64,000 nucleotides of DNA, taken from the human T2T-CHM13v2.0 reference genome, Homo sapiens. Positions within the stretch are counted from its first letter, which is position 1; every line of letters starts with the position of its first letter. The stretch lies in the NCBI RefSeq assembly GCF_009914755.1, contig NC_060938.1, one strand, 5' to 3'. The notes beneath the pieces were generated by a model, which ran no database searches, had not been told where the DNA came from, and worked only from the letters and a program-made list of their open reading frames with translations. This document shows, piece after piece, positions 10,700 through 23,967 of this stretch. A program made the translations under genes and the position numbers.

Positions 10700-13500
10700 T
10701 TCAAATGTTTGAATTTCTTTGGAGGTTTGATTTACAGTTTAAAGAAACACTATGGCAAGTATAGTGTTTAAGGAAACGGTATGGCAATTGATAATGGAGA
10801 GGTTCAGTTGAGGATTGAACCAACTCCTAGAATCAGAGTTAAACACATCAAGTTTAGTTGTACCAACACTACCCTAAATTTTTATCAATAGATATTTCTC
10901 TAACATTTTAAGGCTAAGTGTATTGACCGAAATGTATTTTAGTCATATTAATTGGGTATGGTTAATACTTGGATTTTCCCAGGAGTTAGCATAGAATGAC
11001 ATATCTCACAATTATTTAAATTTTTTGCACTAGCTGTGGCTTTGTAGAGGTGAAAAGTGTTAGGATGGTTATTACCTCAAGTAAAGCCTGTACCTAAGCA
11101 AATTGTTTTATTAACAAAATAACAAAGTGGAAAAAAATTACAAATATATGCAACGTTGTACCATTAGAGTTGAAAAATACCACCAAATGGATGAAAAAGA
11201 AAAGAATGCAAAGATAGTATAACAACCACTGGTTCCAGTCATCTAGATAATACTGTTCGATTATACTTGCATGGAGCTGTCTACTTTATCCACTTATACA
11301 TGTGTTTCAAGGACCTCGAGTCTGCACTCATTTTCTGAAAAGCCCCTAAATAGTCTCTGAAGAAATTCAGTTTAATATCTGTAATATGAATAACTTCTCA
11401 ATTCTTGCCATTTAAGGATGGATAATGTCAAACTAATTGGTACAAAGTAACCACAGATCAATTCCTCGTACTTTAACTGTTGAACTGGTAATAAACAGTA
11501 CCTAATAAGGTCATTTTCACAAGGTTGAAAGGCAGTCTTTCTCTGGAATTTTTTTCCAAATACCAACTCATCCAGGCTTAGGTCATGTAAAGGCTGATTA
11601 AATGAAAGGCCAGGAAAGAAAACTGTACCTGTTGGTATAAGGACTGAGTATAATGGGTTTATTTATCTAGATAAGTTTGTGAAAGAATGAACTATATAGG
11701 ATTCCAGATACTAGGAGTAATATGGACCTACAAGTCACCAGTTGATAGTAAGACAACCTATGATGGCAGGGTGAACAACTCAGGGCCATGAAAGTGAAGG
11801 GTAATAATATATTAGATCATGGAAATTCAAGGATGTCTGATACCGTAATTAATTTTAGTTTTAATATTTCTCATGTGTTGTGTCTTCATTTATAGAGGAT
11901 AAGGAGGTGATAAGAAAAGAGAAGTTCTGAGTGAGGGCAAAGCATTATATAACTTCCCGGAAAATTGTGTTCCCCTATATATAGATAATTTGAAGTGTCA
12001 CATATTCAACTGTTTCCTTAGGACAGTATTCCAGTTCATATTCCATTTTTACACTTTTCATGGAATCTTATAGGTTTCAAAAAAGGCATGAACTGGCCAC
12101 TTTCTGTGTTCTCCTAGAAAAGTTTTCCCCAACTATTTGTATAATATTGCAGCCAGTACATCCCTACTGTGATGGGCTGTCTCTGGAAGGTTGCTAAAAC
12201 AAGTATTCACTGGAGATCATTTGGTCCCACCAGGCAGCCTTTCTGGCCTTGATATATCTTATCCTCACTGATCAAACAAATCAATAATTGATCCAAGATG
12301 TAGTTACTAAAATTTTCCATGGATTTTTCTGCATGTTCTGTAAGAGGTACTTGCATGAGGACGTTAGTCAGAAAGGCATGTTTAGCATGATTCTCTGCTC
12401 ATGTATTTCTTCCTGGCTTCTATAGTGTCTTTCCTACTTTGGAACTTTGTCTTTCTTTGAGTAGTATCAATAAATCAAATAATTTTCGTATTTGGTGTCT
12501 ATTTTATAGCGATACATGAGATGTATGAAAAGGTTAAGAAGGTTAAGAAATCTCATCATCTCCATAGTATTTGAGAGTTGTGAACTATGTTAAAACATAT
12601 AGGCTATCACTGTATATATTTTTCATAATTGGACATAGCAAAGAGAGAGCCACAAATTCAGTTACTTTAATTTGTTTTGCTTCTTCTAAGGAATTAGATT
12701 TTATAATGGAGTCTGGAGCAGTAAATGCATTATAAACCTTGTGTTATTTCTTTTCAGTTTTGAAGATAAGACATTAAAAACAAAATTAATTCAGAATTAG
12801 GTATGAGACTGTCCAAAATATCTGTTCTGGGATGGACACTTCTTGAGTTACAGAAATGCAATCATAAGATTCATTGATTGAGAAGTGTAATGGAGTTAGA
12901 CGCTATGAGGAGAAATTAATAATATTGTATAGTTAGTCCACCAACTGGTAAAAAAATGGTTGTTTTTACAGAGTAGATCATTTGTGCTGTATGTGGCATC
13001 ATAAGATTTAATGGTGATTTCAGTGAAAGATCTGGAGATGCTTCAACAAATTTAGACATAGCTGAAATCATTTTAAGACAAGGAGGATAGGTTGTAATCA
13101 TTATATTAAGAAATAGGCTATAATAGGCAATGGGTCTTTGTTGTTTTTAATGTAATTGAGTAATATCCCTAGGACATGGCCTTACTGCTAATATTCACAA
13201 AACGAAAGCCTTATCACAATCAATTTTCCTATAATAGTTTTTCCTTGGGAGACGTATGGAGACACCTAGGATTCATACCTTTCAGCAGTGGATGTACAGA
13301 ATGTAATGGCTTGTTATGGCTCATTTGGGGTCCCAGATGACATAATAAAAATGCATAAATTCAAAGGTTTGATAACTTAATGATCAGAGTCTGGTGTCTA
13401 ATATGGCCTGTATAAACAGAGCTGGGCTGTCTAAACTAACTTGAAAAAAGAAGAAAACTTTTAAGATAGGACTCAATGTCTGAGGGCTTCATTCTAAACT
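10700..13500 (-). mobile_element. Ancient ERV1-class internal remnant (pol: RT-RNase H connection and integrase)
   Basis: Minus-strand peptides YPPCLKMISAMSKFVEASPDLSLKSPLNLMMPHTAQ (connection region) and PY*VLFITSSTVKVRGIDLWL (integrase GPY/F module); many stops; boundaries approximate. Confidence 0.7.
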
Positions 13501-14178
13501 CTCAGAAAAAAGAGATTAGTTTTTTTCTGCGTAGAAAAGAGAAAGAGAGATTAGTTTTTTTCTACCGTTTGTTCCCCAGATAAGCAACTGGACAGACTTT
13601 GGGAATAGGACAAATATTGCTATATTAACATGTAGGTCCGATGATCTGCAGTGATTAGTGCAAACAGCTTTTCCTTCTTAGCATAATGTGATTAATTTCT
13701 ACCTTAGGAGAAACAACAACATACATAGATGTGAGGATACATAATTGTTACATCTTCCGTTGCCTTCATTATTCATTACATGTAGTATTTTAAAGTAAGT
13801 GCCAACCTCTCAACCTCATTGCTCAGTTCCATCACAGATGCAATGACTGAACATAGCAATTGGCCGAATTATCAATTTCCCTTCTAACCCGACCATGTTT
13901 ATTTTCATATTTAAGTTATTTATTATCAAATTAAGGGTGGGTAAGTGCAAAGGAAGTTTGCATTGGGTGAGGTTCTTAGCCAGTACATAGAGAAGTGTTA
14001 GATAACACAAACTAGCTTGCTACACCGGAAAACCTCCGTTTCCTATTCCAGGGCAGCAGCAGCAGCAGCAGCACATAGTCCAGTAATTCTTCTCTTACTT
14101 CATCAGACTCACCTCACAATGCAGAGCCCTGAATTTTAAGAAGAACAAAATATATTCTCTCTAGAGAAAGAACCAAAC

Positions 14179-14684
14179 ATGTTGCTCTCCAGCTGCCTGA
14201 GGGTGGTCACAGCTTCAATGTGGCTAGGTAGGGATGCCCCTGGTGGGAATGGTCTTCCTCTAAGACCCAAGGACTGGGAAACGTCTCATCAAAACTTTGG
14301 GACAGAAGAAGTAACAGGGTGTAAAAATAGAATTTCTTTGTTCCACATCACTCATCCCTAAACCTTTTGGTTCTTTGTTTTCTCCTTCAGAATCTGGTTT
14401 TGCTGAGAAGTAACTCAAATTAAACCATCAGTATTGGTGCATGAGAAGGAGGCTGTGACTCTGGACTGCAATTATGACACCAGTGCTGGAAGTTATAGTC
14501 CTTTCTGGCACAAGTAGCCCAGGAGTGGGGAGATGATTTTCCTTATTCATCAGGACTCACGATCAGCAATAAGCAATAGGTCACTACTCATTGCATTTGC
14601 AGAAGGCAAGCAAATCCATCAACTTGTCATCTCCACTTCACAACTGGAGAACTCAGTGATGTGTTTCTGTGCACTGAAAGAGGC
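14179..14684 (+). pseudogene. TRAV14-1: TRAV14-like pseudogene (leader 14179-14227, V exon 14391-14684)
   Basis: Leader MLLSSCLRVVTASMWLG parallels TRAV14; V exon has a frameshift/TAA near 14411 and TAG at 14515-14517; ends FCALKE. Confidence 0.9.
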
Positions 14685-14723
14685 TACAGTGAGAGAACTG
14701 TTGGAGTGAGGTACACAAAATCC
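14685..14723 (+). other. Defective 23-RSS of TRAV14-1
   Basis: tacagtg (essential first C lost) + 23 nt + acaaaatcc. Confidence 0.85.
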
Positions 14724-15121
14724 CCAAGGGTCTGCTTGAGACATCCACTTGCTGGAGAGACCAAAGAAAGGATTCACCATCACAGACAGGAAGTGGCTAT
14801 GGTTGTGACAGCACAGGTGTAGCATCGGGGGAAAACACTGTAAGAAAATACCTCTCTAGGCTTATAGACCATTTCCAGAATTATCATTCATCAAAAACAT
14901 CCTAATCCCTGAGTCTTTGGTTTGAAGTTAGACACACCAAAATTTTGACCAATGATTGAGAGAAAGAACTGCCACAATAAGCAATTTGCCATCTGGCCAC
15001 TAGATTGAGCTGGAAGAATTGGCTAAGGTAATTCAGAAACATATGACTGAAAGATGAATAAAAACAAATTCAACACTCTTTGTGAATTGTTGGATTTTCA
15101 GATCAGTTTATTCAATAAATG

Positions 15122-16275
15122 CTAGGTGTCTTCAAAAAGTTTATGGAAAAAAGAAATTGCGTATTATGAAAAACGGTGCATGGATTTCAAATTTTCTGGC
15201 ACCAAAATAAACTTATACTAAGTTGTTATAACATATCTGAACAGGATTTAGTTTGAGGCACTAAGAAGGATAAGACATCAGTTTGAAAGGAGCCCCTATC
15301 AGAGCAACATGAATTCTGTTAAACTTGAGGCAAGAACAAACATCAAATTTATGGTGAAACTTGGGTGGAAGAATGGTGAAATCACTGATGCTTTATGAAA
15401 AATTTATAGGCTCAACACTCCAATAAAATCAGCCATCCTCTTGTCTGTCTGTTCTTAAACAAAATGGATAATTTGTTTAAGAATAGACAAGAGGATGCCG
15501 ATGAAGCCCACAGTGGCAGACATTCCATAACAATTTGTGAAGAAAAAATTAACCATAAGTGCCCTAATCAAAAAGGACGGATGATTAACAGTGGAAACAA
15601 TAGCCAACACTATAAATGTCTCAACTGGTTTAGCTCACACAATTCTGACTGAAAAGTTCAAGTTGAGCAAACTTTGTACTTGATGGGTGCCAAAACCACT
15701 ATGCTCAGATCAGCTCCAGAAAAGAGCAGAGCTTTCAATGAAATTTTGAATAAGTGGGATAATGATCTTGAACCATTTCTTCAAATAATTGGAACAGGAG
15801 ATGAAACATGGCTTTATCCTTTTGATTCTGAAGATAAAGCACAATCAAAGCAATGATTAGCAAGAGGTGGAGGTCCAGTCAAAGCAAAAGTGGCCCAGTC
15901 AAGAGCAAAAGTCATGGCAACAGTTTTTTGCGATGCTCAAGGCATTTTGTTTATTGAGTTTCTGGAGGGCCAAAGAATGACAGCATCTGCTTATTATAAG
16001 AATGTTTAGAGAAAGTTAGCCAGAGCTTTAGCAGAAAAATGCCTGGGAAATCTTCACCAGAGAATCCCTTTCCACCACGACAATGCTCCAACTTATTCCT
16101 CTCATCAAGCGAGGAGAATTTAGGTTTCTGTGGGAAATCATTAGGCATCCCCCTCACAGTGCTGATTTGGCTCCTTCTGACTTCTTTTTGTTTCTTAATC
16201 TTAAGAACGTCTTTAAAGGGCACCACTTTTCTTCAGTTAATAATGTAAAAAAGACTGCATTGACTTGGTTAAATT
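15122..16275 (+). mobile_element. HSMAR2 mariner transposon, degenerate and 3'-truncated
   Basis: HSMAR2-like left end; transposase ATG at 15309; WVPK, GDETW, HHDNAP and HPPHSADLAPSDF motifs in shifting frames; no right TIR. Confidence 0.92.
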
Positions 16276-17859
16276 GGTGGCTAATCATCCAGTAAGTAAG
16301 CAAGAAGAATACATATTCACCGAGAATAAATATGTATCCCCTATGTGTACAACGTACTGTATTAGGACCTTTGACTATACCGACAGTAGTATAAAATGTT
16401 ACTCTTAAGCAGAATGAACTTACCAGAAAAATCTTGCAAATCAATTGAGGAATAAGATGAAATGCATGAAAACTTAACCAATAGATAAAATTCCAAGTAT
16501 GTGGGCAATTAAGTTTTAGGGGTATTTTTAGGAGAATAGTGTGGCACCGAAAAGACACAAGTAAGCATCATGGAGAGATAGAAAACTTAGGCATTAAACG
16601 ACAGACACACATTGAATTCATTCATTATACACTTACTTATGAAACACACAATAAGCAACAATTGTTTTTGTAGGTATGAAGAGTAGAATAATGAATAAAA
16701 CAGACACATGCAGACAACAAAGACCTTCCCTCATGAGGTTTAGATCTACAATTGTCTATAGTGTTCCCTTCTTTTACAGGAATATCCAATATAGGTATTT
16801 CCAATATATCTGTTTCACTATAGGCATTTGTCTTGCCTATTCTAGTGATTGGCAGGTTCCATGTGACCATTACAAGGCATAGTCACTGAAGTACTATTAA
16901 TATACCTGTCATTTACTAAATTATTTGACCATTGACAAAATTACTTAAACTCAGGCCACCTAGACATCATCAATTGTAATAACAATAACAATCACCTCTC
17001 CACATAGTTGTAAGGATTGAATTAAATTTCATGAATTTAATTAAATGATTGAATTGTAGTGGTAGGGAACAATTTCTCACCAATGGTAGCTATACTTGGA
17101 TATAAATGAGATATTGCAACAAAGACAATTTGAAATAAAATAACAAGAAAATTTAAGGATAGATAAGGCTTAACCCTCTACTCTCCTGCTATTGGTTATA
17201 TTATTATATTTTACTATATTTAGGACTGAGAGTCACTATTTCACACTGGCCTGATTCCATCCAATTATTTGAACTATTTCTTTATCTCATAGGCCTTACG
17301 GGTAGAGAATGAAGCTTTCTTGCTTCAGGTATAACTTAGTGTAAATTCTATGATGGATTCACATGAGCGTTATGGAGCAGGAGTCAGATATACACCATTT
17401 TATACTGAGCTACAGTGCCAATAACTAGATCCATAACTGGGAGCTTATTTAACAGAGCTCTGCTCTGGGAGAAAATAACTTTTCTAGGTCATCCTTGGGG
17501 GAGGAATCCTTTTTAGTTATTCAATTTACAACTTGTACATACATGGTAGATGCCCAGGAAGTATTACAGAAGAAAAAAGGAAAGAGAAAAATCTAAGGGA
17601 CAAATGCTAGATGCAGCTGACTGAGAATCAGCACCTGGTTCTGCCAGGGTCCTTTCCCATGCTACCTCTTCAGAGATCAGAGACAGCTGTGCGATCTGTG
17701 CATGGGGGAGTAAATCTTGTTTCTGGCTGGATGGGGAGACTCTCAGCTTCCTGCAACAAAACTATGAATATTCACTCAGAGAAACAAGAGATTTGGCTTG
17801 GTAGTGTTTGAGGGCTCCCAGGCCCCAGCCAGAGTCCTCCGTGAGTCTGAGGGATAAAA

Positions 17860-18210
17860 ATGAAGAAGGCTTTGGGAGTTTCATTCTTGATTTTCTCTTG
17901 GGAGCTGTGCTGTGAGTTGCTGGGCTCTGGAAATATGAAAAAGAGCGAGTGTAGTATCTTATTTAAAAGTCTGGAAGTTATAGAAGGGTGGTTAAGGCCT
18001 CAGTGCTCACCTGTGGGGGCTGTGAAAAGAGAGCATATCTTCTAAAAGCTGTCAGCCATGAATGAATGTCATCTGTCTGTGCTTCTCTGTTTAAACAGGG
18101 GTGAACAGACTACATACGCCGGAGCAGAGTCCTTCATTCCTGAGTATCCAGGAGGGAATGCATGCCATTCTTAACTGTTTATGTGTAGGGGGAACTTTCT
18201 TTATAACCTC
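17860..18210 (+). pseudogene. TRAV11-1: TRAV11-like pseudogene, 3'-truncated (leader 17860-17911, V exon from 18099)
   Basis: MKKALGVSFLIFSWELC|WVNRLHTPEQSPSFLSIQEGMHAILNC; homology is lost after the first Cys; no second Cys or RSS found. Confidence 0.85.
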
Positions 18211-19227
18211 TGTCTCCAAACAGAAGTGAAGAATAATGCACCATCTCTCATATGTGAAGAAGCTGAATTTATATGGAATTATGTTTCCTTTTGTCATTAT
18301 TGAAATTTCATTCCTCAATGTAGACCATACAGATCCTGGGCCTGCTTGCCCAGAGTCCTTCCACTCCTTTACTGTTTGCTCTGAGAGGTCACAGTCTCTG
18401 AGTCCATGGAGCAAAGTTTCCCCTGGTTGTACACTTAGCAGCATTTAACTTATATTTTCATAATCTTTAAATGATGTTTGCTGTATCTGTGTATCATCTA
18501 CTCCATAATTTACTTAATTTAACATTAAATTGATTTCTCTATTAAATAGATGCCAAAAATATGTAAAATATTGTCCTTACTTTAATAGATACTATCAGTG
18601 GGACCACATATATGTTATAAAATGTGCATTTGATGTGCAAGATATTTTTTCCTAATACAAATTAAAATAATGTTACATATATAACAGTCAGAAAGACCAT
18701 CTGTGTTCTGCCTAATATGACCTCCTGTATCAATCGCACTTTAGAAAATACATTTCCAGCTCATGCCCCTCATTTGATAGATGAAAAAAAGCAGGCTCCA
18801 CAGGCATGGCTTCACTTTACTCAAAGCATGTGTTGCAGTGAAATGGAAGCCTGGAGTAGAAGCCAGGCATTCTGGCCCCTTGTCAGTTGCTTTTTCCATG
18901 AAAGATGAAAAGCGGGATTCGGTGTTTGAGAAAAGGAGTTGTGTGTTGTAATTTTGAACTAAATTACATTTTTATTACTTATATGTATATATAAAGATAT
19001 AAAATGATATATAAAGACATAAAACACCCAGAAAAATAGAACACACCTATAATTTCATAATCAAGAAATTATAACTATTATCCTGTAAAAAATTTTGGTA
19101 TACATATGTAGCTATTTTTTCTATAAAAGTGGTTTGCAATATATCCAGTATTTATTACCATGCTTGTTTTTCTCAACATTATGTTTAGGTGTTTTCATCC
19201 CAGGAAGCATATATTGAAGGCACAGTT

Positions 19228-19660
19228 TTATTTTATTTTCTTTTATTTTCAACCTTTATTTTAGATTCAGGGGGTAGTACATGTGCAGATTTGTTACCTG
19301 AGCATATTGCATGATGCTGAGGTTTGGTGTATAAATGATCCCATCACCCAGGTACTGAGCATAATACCAACAGTTATTTTCTCAGTCCTTGCCCCTTTTC
19401 TCCTTCCCCCTCTAGTAATGCTCAGTATCTACATGTAGTCTTTATGTCCATGTGCACTCAATGTTTAGCTCCCACGTATCAATGAGAATATATGGTATTT
19501 GGCTTTCTGTTTCTGCATTGATTTGCTTAGGAAAATGATCTCTAGCTGCATCCATGCTGTTGCAAAGGATATGATTTCATTCCTTTTTATGGCTGCATAG
19601 TATTCCACGGTATTTATGTGTCACATTTTCTTTATCCAATCCACTTTTGATGTGCACCCA
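19228..19660 (-). mobile_element. L1 3' end fragment
   Basis: Antisense L1PA/PB 3'UTR with degenerate direct repeats gaaggcacagtttta / gagggcataatttt. Confidence 0.8.
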
Positions 19661-20135
19661 GAGGGCATAATTTTAAGTGATTGCCTAGTTTCCATTATAT
19701 AGATATATTTTAAAAAATTTATCACTTTTGGTATTATTTCCTCTTATACAGTGTTATAGATAACGCTTCTTAAAAACATAATTAAATTTGTAATTTTAAT
19801 GGAAATAGAGTTGCTTGAATAAGGGAGAACATATAACACTAAATGCCTAATGTTCCTGAAGATATATTTCACCAAAGTGTAATTTCAACAGCAGCACATG
19901 GTGATGCTGATTTTTCAATACTTTATCAATTATGACCATTATTATCTTAAAGTAGCTTCCATTTTATTAATAAACACTTTAGCAATGTTTTAGTTTTCTT
20001 TTAAAGTGTGAGTTTATATATTTTATTATTAAAAATGTGATTTAAAAACAGAGTCCATCACATAGAATATTCTTTCATACAATAAGATTTTTTAAAAGGT
20101 TTGAAGAATACTGTTCTGGCCCACATTACCTTCTA

Positions 20136-20214
20136 TTAGGCTGGTGCAAATGTAATTGTGGCTTTGCCATTACTTTCAATGGCAAAAACCGCGATTATTT
20201 TTGCACCAACCTAC
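20136..20214. mobile_element. MADE1 mariner MITE
   Basis: About 80-bp palindrome ttaggctggtgcaaa...tttgcaccaaccta with TA flanks. Confidence 0.9.
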
Positions 20215-20249
20215 TAACTGGTCTCTTTTTCCTCAAGGCAATCTATTCT

Positions 20250-20392
20250 CCATGCTTTTGCTACTCAGAGTCGGGGCCAGCACTGTCTGGACTTGTGCAG
20301 ATGCTCAGCCTCCACCCAAGGCTGACTGAATTTGAATCTGCATTTCGTTAACATTCCCAGGTGATTCTATCACTTCAAAGTTTGAGAAGCAC
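20250..20392. mobile_element. MER5A-like hAT-Charlie fragment
   Basis: gaatctgcattt...ccaggtgattct...aaagtttgagaagcac motif. Confidence 0.6.
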
Positions 20393-20429
20393 CCATCTGA
20401 TGGGTTCCCAGAACGATTTTTTAAAGTAT

Positions 20430-21048
20430 AAATAAAGAGATGTCTCTAATTGGCAAACATGCTTCAATGGCTTTCTATTGCTCCTGGAATAAAATGCAAA
20501 TTTAGGCTGTGGCATACAAAGATCTGTATCATTCAAACCTCCCCTGTCCCTTCAGCTTTAAACTCTTTTTTCCTGGCTTTCTATGCAGCAAAAACACTGA
20601 CCTCCTTTCAGATTTCTGAACTTGCCATGTCCTTTCCACATTTAGTCTAACTCTCTCAATCGTCTGCAGTGCTCTTACCCCAAATCTTGGTGAGCCTGTC
20701 TCATTTTCATTCCTCAGGTCTCAGCTCAAATACCACTGCTATAGAGAAAACCTGCTGACTTCTGCTGATCATCCTGACTAATGTGGCCATCATGGCTTTT
20801 CCCCTAACTCTATTACAACACCCTTGTTATATTTCATTACTGTAATAATCATAATGTGCAGTTATATTGTTGGTCTACGTGTTTATTGTCAATGTGTTTA
20901 TTGTCTATATCTCCACCTAGGATACAGGCTTTACGAGGTCAGGGGTATTGTTTGTTTAGTGGACAGCTTTATTCTTAGTGCTTAGAATAATGACTGGCCT
21001 ATAATAGTCAGTCAAAAAAATATTCACTAAATGATAAATGGATGGATG
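20430..21048 (+). mobile_element. L2 3' region
   Basis: L2-like sequence (ctcaggtctcagctcaaat...) ending in tgataaatggatggatg. Confidence 0.65.
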
Positions 21049-21859
21049 TTATTTGGCCCTCCTCTTTCCTTTTTTCCTTCCTCTCAGTCTCACCCTAGCA
21101 ACTTTGACCTCTTTTTGTGTTCTCTCTGCTTCATTATGTGGGGCAGCTCAGTTCTTTCTCACCCTTGCTCCCAGACTCAAAACCCAGCCTTTCTGTGCTC
21201 AGTGAACTCTGGTCAAATAGTTAGATCCATTCAGGGTCTCAGCCTTTCCTCACTAAAGTGACCTCACTTTATCAGATGTGATCTGAAGCACTTAGTCAAC
21301 TCTAAAGGCTAGTAACACATGATGAAATATCTAAATGAAGAAAAAACACTTAAAACATTTTAGAAAGTATAAAAGTAACTTCTCAAGTCCAATAATTATG
21401 AGCTGAAGTCAAAGTTATAATTCAAATTACTGTAAGAGTAAAAGCCCCTCAGGAAACAAATTCAAATAAATAGCCTTGGTAGACGTGTTGTAGATCAGAT
21501 TTTTAAAAGATCTGGTTTAAAGATATTTACGTTCAAAGGACTGGTTCATAATTACCCTGCTTTTGACCATCTGTGTAGTGGCTATTAGGCTTCTCAAAAG
21601 ATTAATAGTCGTTTGAGTTGGTAACACTAATTTCCCAGAAGGAGTCTTTATTTCATTAAAGTATATTATAAAATTGCTCAAGCATTTTATTGGAAGTGAT
21701 GGTTAATTACCTATGGGGCTATATACATTACATCCTTCAAAAAAAGGTCTCTTCCAGACTAGTTTGGAGAAACTTATCTTTCTCACATGTAGTTCAAGCC
21801 TTTACTATAGTAGAGAAGGGTGTTATCAGTTCTTGGTTTTTTTTCCCTCTTCCTGCAAG

Positions 21860-23590
21860 CTAATAAGTGTGTTGTTTCATCCAGGTTTTCAGTAAAGACA
21901 TGAGACTCCTTAGTCAGAGACAAAGGATTTTGTTACTTATGGCACAGCAAACAGCCTAAACATTAGTAAGTTCACTTCAGTTACTCTTTCCTTAAGTCCC
22001 CAAAAGATGATACAGTGAGTGCTGATGAGTAGTTTGCATGCAGTGGTGCTGTGTCATAGATGAGGAACTCTGAGCCTGGGAAATTTATAGCAACAGTAAA
22101 CAGTAAGCCAGCTTGCTCTTTGTCGTACAGGGAGTCATTAACTCATCCCTTAAGGTTGATTGCTGCAAGCCTAACTCTGAAAAGTGGTCCTGGTAGGGTG
22201 GTCATGGCTTTACACTATTGGCATACCCAGCAGGTCATGTAGGGGTACAAGAGACTCATAGTGGACTGTCTTTCAACACTATCCACTCCATGGTCTTATG
22301 TCATGTTAGCTGCTGGAAATTTTTCTTATGAGTATTCCACTCCATCAGTCATTCTGATTAATTTGACTAGAGAGGTAGAGAGTAAACGCATAGAATTTGT
22401 CTTACACAAGATTTAATTAAGGCTACTGTCAGTAGAACTCTAAGCATGAAGAGGAGACCAACCTGCAATAGCAACCTCAATCATGCCTCATAGGATCCTA
22501 GATTCTCCCAGCTGTGAATAAGTCCCAAAGTACAGACAGCTAGGATATAGTGTATTATTTAATATGACCTACACATGGAAATTTAGACTGACATGCTGAT
22601 CTTTGTTTTAATTGCCAAAAAGTTAACTATTATTCCCAATATAGAGATCTCCTATGGTCCCTATTCCCCAGACATAAACATAACCAAAGGTGCCGAAATT
22701 AATCCAGTTTGAAATTTATTGCTACACTTTATTTGGGTCAGCATTAGTTCACTTTGGTTAGGCTATATGAGCAGGGTCAGTGAGTATTTGAAACTTCTGT
22801 AGGCATTCATGGTATAACCCAAGACAGTCCAGACACCAGGGGAAAAATACACATTTGTATGAATCAGATTGAGAAAATGTTGTGCTGATTCCTGTGTTTT
22901 CACACTTAAGAGGATGGGGAATCTGTATTGGGAAGCTGCCATTCATGTTGTAGAAATGTTCAGGAGAGGCCATATTCACAGGAGTTTTTCTGTTTTCATG
23001 GAATGTGGAAGGAGATGACAAACCAACACACAACCAAACTATATGGTTGCCTTGCCAGGCTGTGTGCTTCATCTAGCATACAAAAAGAGCATTAATCCTC
23101 ACTCGCTTCACCTCCAATGGTCCAAGATTTTCCCTTCCTAGGTGCCAGTGTTGTTGCTCTTTTTATCCACAATCACAAAATTTGTTCATCCCATTCTAGT
23201 AGCTAAAGCTTTGCCTTTTTTGTGGTCGGTTCCTAGTCATACTCAAACTTCTTGTCTAGAACAATAAATAGAGGAAAAAGGTATTTTATGACATTTATAT
23301 ACACCCATTTTATTTATTACCTGGGCCCTCGTGGACCACTGTACAATAATTCCTAGAGCAGAACACTCAAATTAATGATAGTTAACCTCATAATATATGA
23401 CCATGTTTGTCCAACAAAAGAATTCAGGTGGCTGAACCAGAATTCAGTTTTAATACCGTTCTGACCATGTTGCTACCAGGACAGTATACCTACCAGGCTG
23501 TTCTAAGGTTGCTGTTAGGAGAAAAAAAGAAGCATCATGCCTTCCACTTCTAGAAAGTTAGAGAAGGTATGCTTTTTTTCCATTCATCTC
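21860..23590 (-). mobile_element. Old ERV remnant (LTR plus env-like segment)
   Basis: LTR-like sequence at about 21860-22280 and a degenerate env TM-like peptide on the minus strand; family not resolved. Confidence 0.4.
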
Positions 23591-23620
23591 GTTACATACA
23601 GCTAATGATTCTGGATATTA

Positions 23621-23967
23621 CAGATGTTCCTTGACTTACAATGGGATTGCTTCCCCCTAAATGCATTATAAGTTGAAAACACTGTAAGTAAAAAGTACAT
23701 TTAATAAACCTAGTATGCTGAACAACATAACTTAGCCTAGCCTATCTTAGATGTGCTCAGAACACTTACAGTAGCCTATGGTTGGGCAAAATCATCCCTA
23801 ACAAAGCCTATTTTATAATGAAGTGTTGAATATCTCATGTAATTTATTGAATACTGTACCAAAAGGGAAAAACAGAATAGTTGTATATGTACATAAAGTT
23901 CAGTTTCTACTGATTGTGTACTGCTTTCATACCACTGAAAAATTATAATTCAAACCATCATAATCTG
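23621..23967. mobile_element. TcMar-Tigger MITE (MER47A-like)
   Basis: ta-cagatgttccttgacttacaatggg...tctg termini; internal match to the recalled consensus. Confidence 0.7.

Noticed and set aside
14994-15012. tggccactagattgagctg as a CTCF site behind TRAV14-1
   Set aside because: The core GG/GC positions are mismatched; too weak to call without a scan
16155-16161. cacagtg heptamer
   Set aside because: Inside HSMAR2 coding sequence with no adjacent V and no nonamer at 12 or 23 bp
20136-20214. 80-bp hairpins at 20136 and 59074 as novel ncRNA genes
   Set aside because: Explained by MADE1 terminal inverted repeats; no expression evidence in the sequence
21165-21210. gactca...ttctgtgct as the displaced 3' end of TRAV11-1
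   Set aside because: Too short, wrong spacing and no RSS follows
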